64,000 nucleotides of DNA from the IMG/VR virus record IMGVR_UViG_3300005573_001500. One strand, given 5' to 3'. Shown in pieces: positions 46,981 to 56,060 of the stretch. This DNA comes from a virus. The notes beneath the pieces are model-generated. The model saw nothing but the letters and a program-made list of their open reading frames with translations. It was not told where the DNA came from and searched no databases. Every line of letters begins with the position of its first letter. Position 1 is the first letter of the stretch. The translations under genes were made by a program, and so were the position numbers.

Positions 46981-47106
46981 AGTAAAAGTATATAAAATTT
47001 TACTAACTAAACGTGTATAAAGAATGATTATTGAAAACTAGATTTTTAACATAAAAATGTTAATATAGATAAAAGTTCATGTTAATTTTAATGTTTCTTT
47101 AATGTT
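46981..47106. promoter_or_regulatory. Promoter with flanking inverted repeats and phased ATGTT half-sites
   Basis: AGTAAAA/TTTTACT (46981-87, 46998-47004) bracket the TATA; TTAACAT-N4-ATGTTAA (47046-47063); ATGTT at 47057, 47079, 47091, 47102. Confidence 0.55.
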
Positions 47107-47110
47107 CGTT

Positions 47111-48172
47111 TTACTTCAATTTGTTTTTAAGATAAACTTCACTTATGAAGTTGATTCCATATTTTGAGAACGCTTCTAATTCAACTTTCTTTTTGAGTTT
47201 GTCCCATAGTCTTAGCTGTTCCATTATGAATGGGTCGTTTTTGCATCTTACGTCTTTCATTAAGTCGTATAGTCTTTTTGTGTCTTTGTCTGTGAATTTT
47301 CCTTTTTTAGGGTCTACTGGTAGTTTATAGTCTATTATGTCTTGTGGATATATGCCTATCCATTTTGCATTCATAACATTTAATCCTTTAACATGTGCGA
47401 GAGAGATACTGTTATACTTAATTGTTAAAAATATTGACAGTCCGTAGGGGTCAGAATCCGTTAACACAAATACTGGTAATTTGAACTGTTCACTTAACCT
47501 TCTAACTAGTATTCTACAGTTTCTTGGCGGTTGTCCTTCACTGAAAACTAATAAAGCATTATATTTCTTATAAACACCGTCTTCTACGAATCTTCTGAAG
47601 ACTGCCTGTTTTTCAGCTATTATTATTTTGTCTGCATTTACTTCTAAGAATTCTGTGTTACTTGTTAGTTCTGGTCCTATTGCTAAACCGTCAGGATGTT
47701 CGTTTAAACTGTATATTTTGTCTGTGTGTGGAATCCAAGGTCTAGGTTGAACATATCTGAATTTTGCATCTCCGAATATTACTGCTCGTTCTTTCGGGTA
47801 AATGTTGAAGTTTTCTCTTGTTAATCCTGTTAATGCTTCTAAGTCTTCTATTATACTGTTACTTTCATGTTGTTCTTGAAAAGCAATATCTTCAAAACCC
47901 ATACTAGTGTAGTAGATGTCTCTTAAAGTTGTTGTTCTATTTGTTGACAGTAATTCTTTATTAACATACCAGATTAGCCAACATAATTGTGCAAAAGGTT
48001 TAACTGTTGAAAGTTTACCGGCACTTCTAACAAACTTGTGAGAGCCTAATGTTAAGCCTTCTTCCGAAAGTTTAACGTTTTTAGCTGTTCTATCTGGAAC
48101 AAACAGCTTAGGAATTTCTTTTCTACTTAATTGTTCATAAACAGATTCTGCAACTTTAACAATACTATTCAT
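47111..48172 (-). CDS. top6A: DNA topoisomerase VI subunit A / Spo11 homolog
   Basis: TLRDIYY catalytic Tyr, EQHESNSIIEDLE, IIAEKQAVF and LTDSDPYG Toprim motifs, KVELEAF. Confidence 0.95.
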   Translation of the reverse strand: MNSIVKVAESVYEQLSRKEIPKLFVPDRTAKNVKLSEEGLTLGSHKFVRSAGKLSTVKPFAQLCWLIWYVNKELLSTNRTTTLRDIYYTSMGFEDIAFQEQHESNSIIEDLEALTGLTRENFNIYPKERAVIFGDAKFRYVQPRPWIPHTDKIYSLNEHPDGLAIGPELTSNTEFLEVNADKIIIAEKQAVFRRFVEDGVYKKYNALLVFSEGQPPRNCRILVRRLSEQFKLPVFVLTDSDPYGLSIFLTIKYNSISLAHVKGLNVMNAKWIGIYPQDIIDYKLPVDPKKGKFTDKDTKRLYDLMKDVRCKNDPFIMEQLRLWDKLKKKVELEAFSKYGINFISEVYLKNKLK

Positions 48173-48554
48173 TTATTCCCACCCCATTTCTTGAGCCGGT
48201 TATAATGGTATCTTTTCGTTCTGAATTTGAAATGGCTAACGTTTTCACCGCATAGCCTTGATGAAAATAGGGCTTTTTTTGAGAATCCCCATTGAAAATT
48301 ATCTCAGCAACGGCTTCCCTAACTATTGGATGTATGCCATACTTTTGCGATACTGTATCCCAATTTTCTTCCCATAACATTGGTGGTAGAATTTTCTCAA
48401 TATAAGGCCCATACACTTGAATTACTTCGTTCAGAAATTCTTCCGCATTTTCAAAGTATTTTTTGTCATATATTTTTGTTAGGTATGTATTCCACACAAA
48501 TATTTCTTTGAGTCGCTCTAGGGTGCGATTCATTATTTGGGAAGGAGGGATCAA
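48165..48554 (-). CDS. Hypothetical protein coupled to top6A
   Basis: 129 aa; 8-nt overlap with the top6A start; no GHKL motifs. Confidence 0.55.
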   Translation of the reverse strand: MIPPSQIMNRTLERLKEIFVWNTYLTKIYDKKYFENAEEFLNEVIQVYGPYIEKILPPMLWEENWDTVSQKYGIHPIVREAVAEIIFNGDSQKKPYFHQGYAVKTLAISNSERKDTIITGSRNGVGINE

Positions 48555-48578
48555 TAAGGTTCTCCCTCAACATGAATA

Positions 48579-48619
48579 TTTAATCTGTTAGGATTAAAGT
48601 TTTTTTTTTTTTTAATCCT
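48579..48619. repeat. T14 tract inside overlapping inverted repeats
   Basis: AGGATTAAA (48590-98) pairs with TTTAATCCT (48611-19); its GATTAAA core also pairs with TTTAATC (48579-85); T14 at 48600-48613. Confidence 0.75.
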
Positions 48620-48724
48620 CGGGAAATATCAAAAATAACTACTATAAGTTCAATGCCTTTACAAAAATGCAAACTAATACCATGTCAAAAATAAAAAATA
48701 AAGCTAGCTAACTAAGTTAGAGGG

Positions 48725-49874
48725 TTATCCAGCAAATTTGTTGGCATAAACGCCCATTTTAACTAGTTGTGAATCAGCGTATTTAATTAATGACTTCCAG
48801 ACGCTTTTTTCAAGTCTGTTAAAGACAAAATCCCGAAACGTTCCCTCATTTATATGTTCTCTCATTTTCCATATTTCCGTCTGATAAACGTGAACGTTAT
48901 GGATGGCCCGGAGAAGTCTCGCATGCGGCGTTCTATCTGCGAATTTTGATAGAGAATTTCCGCGACAAGCAGGACAAGAGCATTCCAACAACTTTTTCTT
49001 TTCTTCTTCATTTAAAGTTTTACGTTTTTCTCTTTCTGAAATAAATCGGTCAGATACTCCAGGAAGTTGTATCACACCATAACCCGCTTTCTGAACCCAT
49101 CCAACGTAATCGAAACTATCTGCCCCGCAAAATGTTATTAGGTACGCCATGGTTCCACCGGTTCCAAATACATGCAAAAATGCATCAGGCAGTTTTTGCC
49201 GAATGTAGATCAACATATCTATAACCTTTTTCTTCCCCCCCAACCGTCCCAGAACCCTTCGATGTCATCAAAAGGGGGACTAGGCTTCCAACTCCAATAG
49301 CGGGTGGATCACAACCAAGAATTTCTCCGACTTTTTCCAACATATAATCAAGCGTTTCTCTGTCATATCCATGAATGACTGGCAATATACTTAACTTATC
49401 ATTTATAGTCAAGACTTCTTCCAAATTTTTAAGAGTTTTATTGATTCTTCTCTGGTTTGATGCTCTACTAGCTTGGGGGCTTAAGGGGAAATCTAATTGG
49501 ACCGCAATATCACATTCTATTTCTTGTTGAATTGAATAAACTTGATTAACCGTCAAACCGATTTCACGTTTTGACGTTTGGAAACCTCCGCTATCACATT
49601 TCAAGCGCATTTTGGTTGATAGATGTTTTACAAGTCTCTTTCTTTCACCATTCTTATCTTGATATAGTAGATCGTAAGCGTTAGCAAGAAAACATTCCAC
49701 ATTATTAACTGAAAGAACTGTATGCTGAAACTCATAATTTTCTATAACTGAAAGCCCGAACCATATCGCAGGAGTATTCACCTCTTTTTTCCAAGTCCTT
49801 AAAACACCTGTTCTAGCAAAACCATCTTGCGCGCGCTTCTCAAAGTTTAATCTAAGCTGATTAATCATTAACAC
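48725..49874 (-). pseudogene. tRNA-guanine transglycosylase-like (archaeosine TGT/DpdA-type) gene split by one extra G in a G7 run
   Basis: ARTGVL, DSGGFQ, QLDFP, PVIHG, GVGSLVP, HVFG, ADSFD, CSCPAC...HN; G7 to G6 at 49235-49241 gives one 382-aa ORF; no PUA domain. Confidence 0.85.
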
Positions 49875-50463
49875 CCCTTTTTAATAAAGTGAAGAGCATC
49901 AAATTACCTCGCGTTTCTTGGTCGCATACTAATTTGAAATCAAGCATCTTACTAAGCCTCTGATGAAAATTTATATTAATTTTATGGGTAATGGACATTA
50001 TATCATTTCTCTAATAAGCTTCATCTTAAAAACGTCATTTAGAAATAATTGATGTTATAGTTCATAAGCCTAAATTTGGCGTTGCAGCTGCATGTTATAA
50101 TATTACGTTTGGATTCTTATATAATTGCACAACCATAGTTTTCACCTTGGGTGATACCTAATATTATAGCAGTATTCATCGCGTTTGTTCTAATATTACA
50201 CATTTACCTACTGAAAACTCCTAATTCATGCTATTGTCTTCGTCATCAAAATCTGCGAACAAGCAACTATATTGATAAGGACCGCTTTTATTTATCATTG
50301 CATTGCCTTGAGTTATGTTTTAACAGCAGTTCCATTAAATGAATGACTTAGAAAGGTTGTTGGCCCACTCCACTCTCGTTAAATTATCGACATATACTTT
50401 CCTTAAAAAGTCTGCCGAAATGTTTTATCAAGACCTTTCTTAACTAAAATGTGGTGATATCAC

Positions 50464-51105
50464 TTGAAAGTCTTTGTTTTGACAGAATGCGCTGCAACTA
50501 AAAAATATGATCCATCTAAGGCGCCTATAAAGTTAATCTTGGAGAAACACGGTTTACCGATTCCACATTATGATCTGGAGAATGAAGATAAATACAGGGA
50601 AGTGTTAAAAGAATACATTCTCCCTGCACTGGACATGTATGAGGGATCGTTTAACTTTGTTAAGAATCTTGTTACCCAATTACGTGAAAAAGGAAACTCT
50701 GTTTTATTGTTAATGATCTCTGCACGATATGGGTTGATAAATGAGCATACACCTATTATTCCTTATCAATGTACTTTTAAATGTCTCACAAAAGATGAAA
50801 TCCGTGAAAGGGCAAATAAATTGCAGATCTATGAAAAACTTGTACAGATAGTTAAAAATGAGTTCTTCCACTTATCCATAATCATATTAGGAAAGGATTA
50901 CTTTCTTACAATATTCGACAAAGAAAAGTCGAAGAATTTATTCAACGAATTGAAGACTGAGAGGCTAATAATTTTCGGAAGTAAAGATCTTGAACGAAAA
51001 ATTAAGTGTAGAGGAGCGAAAATAGAGTTTATTACTGTTAAAGGCATCGGAGATCGAAACAAAAAAATTGAAAAATTCGTTAATAAACTAACTTACAACA
51101 ATTAA
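50464..51105 (+). CDS. YaaA-like / DUF6884-like protein
   Basis: ECAATKK...PALDMYEG...MISARYGLI...IIPYQCTF...ILGKDY. Confidence 0.7.
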   Translation: MKVFVLTECAATKKYDPSKAPIKLILEKHGLPIPHYDLENEDKYREVLKEYILPALDMYEGSFNFVKNLVTQLREKGNSVLLLMISARYGLINEHTPIIPYQCTFKCLTKDEIRERANKLQIYEKLVQIVKNEFFHLSIIILGKDYFLTIFDKEKSKNLFNELKTERLIIFGSKDLERKIKCRGAKIEFITVKGIGDRNKKIEKFVNKLTYNN

Positions 51106-51126
51106 AACTTGTAAGTTGTCTTTTTA
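51090..51126 (+). terminator. Stem-loop plus T-run terminator
   Basis: AACTTACAA/TTGTAAGTT 9-bp stem followed by GTCTTTTT. Confidence 0.55.
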
Positions 51127-51266
51127 GTATTGTTTTGAAAAACCTCATATAGCCTTTTCTATAAAATCACCAAATTTACAAGTGATCACTATATTCAAAA
51201 ATCCAAGATGCCATGCATAAACGAGGTTAAGGTTCGATTTTCACTTTAAATCCTTTTAAGACATTT

Positions 51267-52424
51267 TTAGAAAGATAGGGTTGACTCTATGGTCGAAAAT
51301 AACTTTGAACCCTTGTCTAAAATTGCAATTATCTTTGGGAAGTTAATTGAAATTCCCCTTCCCACTATAAAACGATTATCTGCAATACCGCAAAAATATC
51401 GCTCGTAAGCGAATAGCATTCGTGGAAGGTCTATTCTGAAATCGTCTTTAGAAAAATAGTAATTCTGTTCTCTGAGTTTTCTAACCATTTCCTCAGCCCA
51501 TATCTCCCAAGAAGTAAGTTGTTCTGCGCTCATTTGCCTTTGTGCTTCATATATTTTCGATAAGAGAACATAATGTCCACCATATTTCAAAAGCACGTAC
51601 GTGATTATCTCTTTAAAAGTCTCGCTTTCCTTTCCAAACCGTTCGCCTAAGTTTAGCGTATATCTGCCTATAGCCGTGAGATGTCCTGCAGCATCAAGCA
51701 ATGCATTTTGTATCAAAAAGAGTTTGTAATTCAGCAGAAATGAAGATACTCTCGTTGTTCTTTGGAATCTTCTTGATAATACTTCATTCCATAATGTTGT
51801 TAGAACCTCGTTCAAGATATTAGGTTCTTGAGCTCCTTCTAACTCTTTTGAAATTCTCAGAGCTTCAAAAACTTCTTCAGGCGTTGTTTCTCTCCAGTAA
51901 GAATAAGAACGCCTAATACCCTTCACTGACTCTTTTATGCGTCTTGCTTGAGTCTTAACTATTGAAGCTTCTTTTGCTAGTTCTATTTCCTCAGGATTCT
52001 CCATTTTGTATGAGAAGAGCCCAATGTTCAAATCATTAATTTCTATAATTTCTTTCACAAAATCTGAAACTTCAAACCCTTCCATATTAGTATCAGGAAC
52101 AACAAGGTATGAAAGTGGAAAAATCGAATTATAGCTAATTGCTTGTCCAATTCCTGTAATATATTCATGTTTATAAACGTATGGTGTTTTTACTTCAAAA
52201 GAGACTGGAAGAGGTAGATGTTCTCCTGTTAATGTTGATTGTCCCATGTATCTCTCTAACTCTCTAATGTCTATATTTCTCATTCCATAAGGGACATAAA
52301 TGAAATCCGGTTTAGGAAAATCCATTGAAACATTTGAGATAAAAACATCGCCAAATAAATGTCTAAAATTTCGTAATATAACCCTGGATAAAAACTCGGT
52401 CAACTCGTCATGACTCAGACTCAT
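51267..52424 (-). CDS. Putative type II restriction endonuclease (PD-(D/E)XK)
   Basis: PKPDFIY...SFEVKT...GIGQAISY...YLVVP; overlaps the methyltransferase stop. Confidence 0.65.
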   Translation of the reverse strand: MSLSHDELTEFLSRVILRNFRHLFGDVFISNVSMDFPKPDFIYVPYGMRNIDIRELERYMGQSTLTGEHLPLPVSFEVKTPYVYKHEYITGIGQAISYNSIFPLSYLVVPDTNMEGFEVSDFVKEIIEINDLNIGLFSYKMENPEEIELAKEASIVKTQARRIKESVKGIRRSYSYWRETTPEEVFEALRISKELEGAQEPNILNEVLTTLWNEVLSRRFQRTTRVSSFLLNYKLFLIQNALLDAAGHLTAIGRYTLNLGERFGKESETFKEIITYVLLKYGGHYVLLSKIYEAQRQMSAEQLTSWEIWAEEMVRKLREQNYYFSKDDFRIDLPRMLFAYERYFCGIADNRFIVGRGISINFPKIIAILDKGSKLFSTIESTLSF

Positions 52425-53415
52425 AAATTAATCCGCCGTAGAGTTTTCTAATCAATGCATTGAATAATTTCTTTTGTTGATCGATTTTCTTTTCTTCTTT
52501 TCTAAAAATGAGGCAATATTGATGATGCCTGTTGCCAATATAACTTGAATAAACTCCCAAGGGAATGAGAGGCTTATCATCTTGCAACCATAATTTTTCG
52601 TCTTTAGGAACCCATTTTTCGCTTAATAACAATAACGTATCGAATGCGAGAGGGTAGAGTCTTCCATCAGCATAAATGTTGTTTGTAATTATGGTGAGAT
52701 ACCCTCCATCTTCGACCACATCATAAACCTTATCAAATATCCTCTTCTGTTCAAGCAGAAACCGTGCGTAATCATCGATGTTTCCCAAATCCCTCGGATC
52801 AGCTGAATACAGAGTAGGTAAACCTTCTTCTGTTCTCTTTTTTTGTCGGATATAGTTTCTTTTCAGCTGGTTCCAATATGGTGGCGATGTAATAACATAT
52901 TTAACTCTTGGGAGGCTGTGTTCTCTCCATATTTTGTCGATTTCTCTCGAATCTCCTACAATAATTATTTGTTTTGTCTCTCCTTTACCGGTGAATTTAT
53001 CAATTTTGGTTTGATTTTTTACATTTTCTAGCCTTAACTTAGCGATGTTTGCCCAATGTTCGGATAATTCTATTCCTATGCCATTTCTATCACATTCGTA
53101 ACATGCAATCAATGTTGAGCCACTGCCGAGAAATGGGTCTAAAACCCAATCTCCCTTTTTTGTAAAGAATTCTATGAATTCTCCTATTAAAGACTCTGGA
53201 AAGCTTGCGGGATGTTTGATTTTATCATTATCCCTTGGAGGGGGGACATGTATAAACCAGCTCTTTTCTGATATTCTTCTATTTTCTGGTTTGTTATAGT
53301 CGCAGATTTTTCCTCCTTCAGAATTGTAAACAGCCCACGATTTCGTGAATTTCAACCATTCTTTGCCAGATAAATCATTTAGCTTGTTATTGCTCCTTTT
53401 TTCCTTCTCTATCAT
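52408..53415 (-). CDS. Amino (N4-C/N6-A) DNA methyltransferase
   Basis: HPASFP, VLDPFLGSGST (motif I), GIEL, ITSPPYW (motif IV). Confidence 0.9.
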   Translation of the reverse strand: MIEKEKRSNNKLNDLSGKEWLKFTKSWAVYNSEGGKICDYNKPENRRISEKSWFIHVPPPRDNDKIKHPASFPESLIGEFIEFFTKKGDWVLDPFLGSGSTLIACYECDRNGIGIELSEHWANIAKLRLENVKNQTKIDKFTGKGETKQIIIVGDSREIDKIWREHSLPRVKYVITSPPYWNQLKRNYIRQKKRTEEGLPTLYSADPRDLGNIDDYARFLLEQKRIFDKVYDVVEDGGYLTIITNNIYADGRLYPLAFDTLLLLSEKWVPKDEKLWLQDDKPLIPLGVYSSYIGNRHHQYCLIFRKEEKKIDQQKKLFNALIRKLYGGLIYESES

Positions 53416-53706
53416 TTTTATTATCCAAATTAAGCTATGCGTTTAAAGATTTATAAATTCTCTTAGGTTGTCTTTAATTTTTAAATTTTAGGAAGCGCCG
53501 TTTAACCTTGCTTACCATAGACGTTTTGGTGCCATTTATTGTTCAATCAGAATTATTTTTGGTTTTTGTTCAGTTCGAAAGAAAATTGCCAAGAATTGTG
53601 AGGTTGGGAAGTGAAAATCTGGAATCTGACAAAAGCTCAACTGGTTGCGAAGAATAATGGTCATATACTTTTCAAATTTTATATGTCTATGTAATGGAAT
53701 TATTCT

Positions 53707-54357
53707 TTAAAGAAATTTTGTCAAGCCGACAACTATTAACGATGACCCGACAGTTGCCACGACCCTTTCATAAACCATCAGAGGCAAAATTCCAACAAAT
53801 AGTTCCCATGGAAGCCCAAGTAAATGTACCGCAAAGATCATCATCATTCCTTGCTCAGTCATAGTTGAGATATAAGCATACAATGGTGTCTTCAAATGCA
53901 TTAGTGTCATTTTCTTAAAAGCACTTAATGCGGCAAACGCTATTGCGATCGAATGAGGAACTACGAAGTATGGGAACGGGTAATTTTTGATTAGGTAAGC
54001 TGTAATGGCAATCGCTAGAAAAGCGGAGGTTGCTAGAGCGCCTTTATTTGCTTTATGATAGGTCAAGCTTCCAAATGTTGCTCCCACAACTGGCAGTAGA
54101 ATTGTGTATGGGCCGAACATGGCTTGCGACGGCGCAATATAAAAGGCTAGGGTTCCTCCAAAAAGTGATGCAAAAAAGGCCTCTAATGGAGGTAAAATAA
54201 TGGCGATTACGGGAGTTATTATGAGGTTTAGCGCTAGGAAGCTTGGTGTTCCAATAAAGACGCTTATCGGCACAAGGCTTGTAGCTGCGTAAAGCGCGGC
54301 AAAAACCCCTATACGAGAAGCCCTAAGCGCCTTATCAGACGATTTAACCAGCTTCAT
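53707..54357 (-). CDS. ECF transporter S-component-like membrane protein
   Basis: VFAALYAA...PVIAIILPP...SLFGG; about 6 TM. Confidence 0.65.
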   Translation of the reverse strand: MKLVKSSDKALRASRIGVFAALYAATSLVPISVFIGTPSFLALNLIITPVIAIILPPLEAFFASLFGGTLAFYIAPSQAMFGPYTILLPVVGATFGSLTYHKANKGALATSAFLAIAITAYLIKNYPFPYFVVPHSIAIAFAALSAFKKMTLMHLKTPLYAYISTMTEQGMMMIFAVHLLGLPWELFVGILPLMVYERVVATVGSSLIVVGLTKFL

Positions 54358-54677
54358 TTCTTCACCTTACCAGCAAGCAAGTCCTCATAAACCCGTCTCA
54401 TATGAAAAATAGCCGCAACAGTCTCTTCAGGAAACATGCATCCGCAAGCACCACATTTAGGACATATCATCCAACTGCATTTTACACAGATCTTCGCTTC
54501 AGAAGAGCTGAAACGTTCACCGCACTTAAAGCAGTAAACATATGGGTCAACCATAAATTGCAAAAAGTTTTCTATAAGCCTTGAAAGAGGAATATGTTTT
54601 TGATCCGCCACGAGCTTTGCCCTGCTTAAAATTGTTCCATCCAATGTTATTGTAAGCTTAACTCTAGACGTACTCAC
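54354..54677 (-). CDS. RHH (DUF6364/CopG-like) regulator with Cys-rich C-terminus
   Basis: KLTITLDGTILSRAK...LSRLIENFL; CFKC..CVKC..CPKCGACGC. Confidence 0.75.
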   Translation of the reverse strand: MSTSRVKLTITLDGTILSRAKLVADQKHIPLSRLIENFLQFMVDPYVYCFKCGERFSSSEAKICVKCSWMICPKCGACGCMFPEETVAAIFHMRRVYEDLLAGKVKK

Positions 54678-55033
54678 ACATATTCACACTTACAAGCACA
54701 GCAGAATACGTATATAAAAATTTTTAACAGAATTCTGAAAAATAACGTTTGCTTTCTTCTTCTGTTACAGTCTTGCCCTTAAATGTGAAAGGAATAAATG
54801 AATCAAGATCTATTTCAAAATTTTCCAAACATAACCTTTTCATAAACTTGTAAACCCATTCATGTATCTTGGAGTTCGTATACAGCTATTTTTCCTTCTG
54901 TATTGTGCGTCATTTCTCGCTTTGTGTACCTCTTCTTCAAGTTCCAAAGATTCTCCTCTCAAGGGTTGCAAATCTAACAAAACCATCATGCAATTAAAAT
55001 TTTAATTTTGATGTTTATTAACATGCTAACTGG

Positions 55034-55822
55034 TTGGTGTTTATGTTTCAATGGCCTGAGGAAATTCCTTACAAGGAGTACATTAGGCTCTATATTTTAG
55101 AGAAAACACTTAGACAGTTTGTCGTTTTTCAACTGACAAAAATAAGTGAAAAATGGTGGAGACGGAGAATACCCAATGACGTCTGGGATAAAGCTGAAAA
55201 ACGAAAGATGGAAGAGGAACGTAGATTGACATACTCACTTGACTTGCATCCAATCTGGTACGTTGACTTCGGTGATTATGTGAAAATTATCACACGAGAA
55301 GATAACTGGAAAGACATTTTTAAGGAAATTTTCATCAGCGAATGCCGATTTATGGCAGCTATGGAAATGCTTGAGCCAATACGAAATAAAATTGCGCATA
55401 TGCGACCGTTAAGTGTTAGAGAGAAGAAAAACTTAGATGCGTTAACTGAGGATCTCTTAATACCAATATGGAAAGTTTACAACACTATATACGTAGAAAA
55501 GGCTGAAAAGCTAACAAAAGAGAGCATGTGGAAAGAAGCAGAGCAAATTCTCAAGAAGGGATACGAAGAGACAAGAGGTGATCCATGGATAGCGTACAAA
55601 CTTGGAGAACTCTACATTCACGTGAATAAAATAGAAGAAGCTAGGCATTGGCTAAAGATTGCAATTAAGTATTTACCCCTCAATCGGTACAAGAGATTTG
55701 TTCTCCAAAAACTTCGTGAAATAAAAAACAAAACAAAATTAAAAATGAAAGTTTGCCCTCAATGCGGAAACAAAACGCAAGCAGAGCACAAGTTCTGCAG
55801 TATGTGCGGCTTCAAATTCTAG
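55034..55822 (+). CDS. Swt1-like HEPN domain protein with TPR-like repeat and zinc ribbon
   Basis: LEKTLRQFV...WW...YVDFGDYVKII...W..IF...IRNKIAH (Rx4H); CPQCG...CSMCG. Confidence 0.8.
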   Translation: MVFMFQWPEEIPYKEYIRLYILEKTLRQFVVFQLTKISEKWWRRRIPNDVWDKAEKRKMEEERRLTYSLDLHPIWYVDFGDYVKIITREDNWKDIFKEIFISECRFMAAMEMLEPIRNKIAHMRPLSVREKKNLDALTEDLLIPIWKVYNTIYVEKAEKLTKESMWKEAEQILKKGYEETRGDPWIAYKLGELYIHVNKIEEARHWLKIAIKYLPLNRYKRFVLQKLREIKNKTKLKMKVCPQCGNKTQAEHKFCSMCGFKF

Positions 55823-55834
55823 AGGGCTATTTAT

Positions 55835-55996
55835 TCAAGTTTTATTTTCTACAACTAAGCAATTTCCATCAATTCGTATTACTATTTTTTTCTTTATGTC
55901 AAGCGGGAAGTTAGAGTCTGTAATTAAGTCTTTAGGTAAATAAAGGTAATGTCGACCATTTGTCCGGTAAATTTTTGACTCTGCCTCTTTAACCAT
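55835..55996 (-). CDS. AbrB/MazE-like DNA-binding protein, 53 aa
   Basis: MVKEAESKIY...YLYLPKDL...FP...IVIRIDG..LVVE; start reassigned to ATG 55996. Confidence 0.75.
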   Translation of the reverse strand: MVKEAESKIYRTNGRHYLYLPKDLITDSNFPLDIKKKIVIRIDGNCLVVENKT

Positions 55997-56060
55997 GTTA
56001 TCGTCATAAAATTGGTTATTCGAAAGTATAAAAATTTTTCTAAACCTTTGTATAGAAAAG

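Larger units (their letters stand above)
1..48172 (-). mobile_element. Large archaeal virus-like/plasmid-like element (left end outside window, right boundary uncertain)
   Basis: About 48 kb of tightly packed, often stop/start-overlapping ORFs, all on minus except one small RHH gene; AT-rich; own PolB, primase, helicase-like ATPase, resolvase, FtsK/HerA ATPase and many small zinc-finger ORFs; no housekeeping genes. Confidence 0.85.

Noticed and set aside
1310-47330. Plus-strand ORFs of 60-150 aa in the ORF track within the element
   Set aside because: They are antisense shadows of well-supported minus-strand genes, with no RBS or motifs.
47111-48172. Mini-A or Topo VIII assignment
   Set aside because: Length and motifs match a full cellular-type Top6A, with no fused B subunit.
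48165-48554. Remnant of top6B
   Set aside because: No GHKL or transducer motifs recognisable; cannot be fully excluded without a profile search.
49225-49245. Programmed -1 ribosomal frameshift in the TGT-like gene
   Set aside because: Restoring the frame needs loss of one base (+1), not -1.
49875-50463. ORF 50151..50342 or a structured RNA in the TGT/YaaA-like intergenic region
   Set aside because: No motif, RBS or convincing stem; treated as a divergent promoter region or decayed sequence.
54730-54990. Protein-like minus-strand fragments (IHEWVYKFMKRLCLENFEIDLD...)
   Set aside because: Broken by stops across frames with no recognisable family; possible pseudogene but unsupported.
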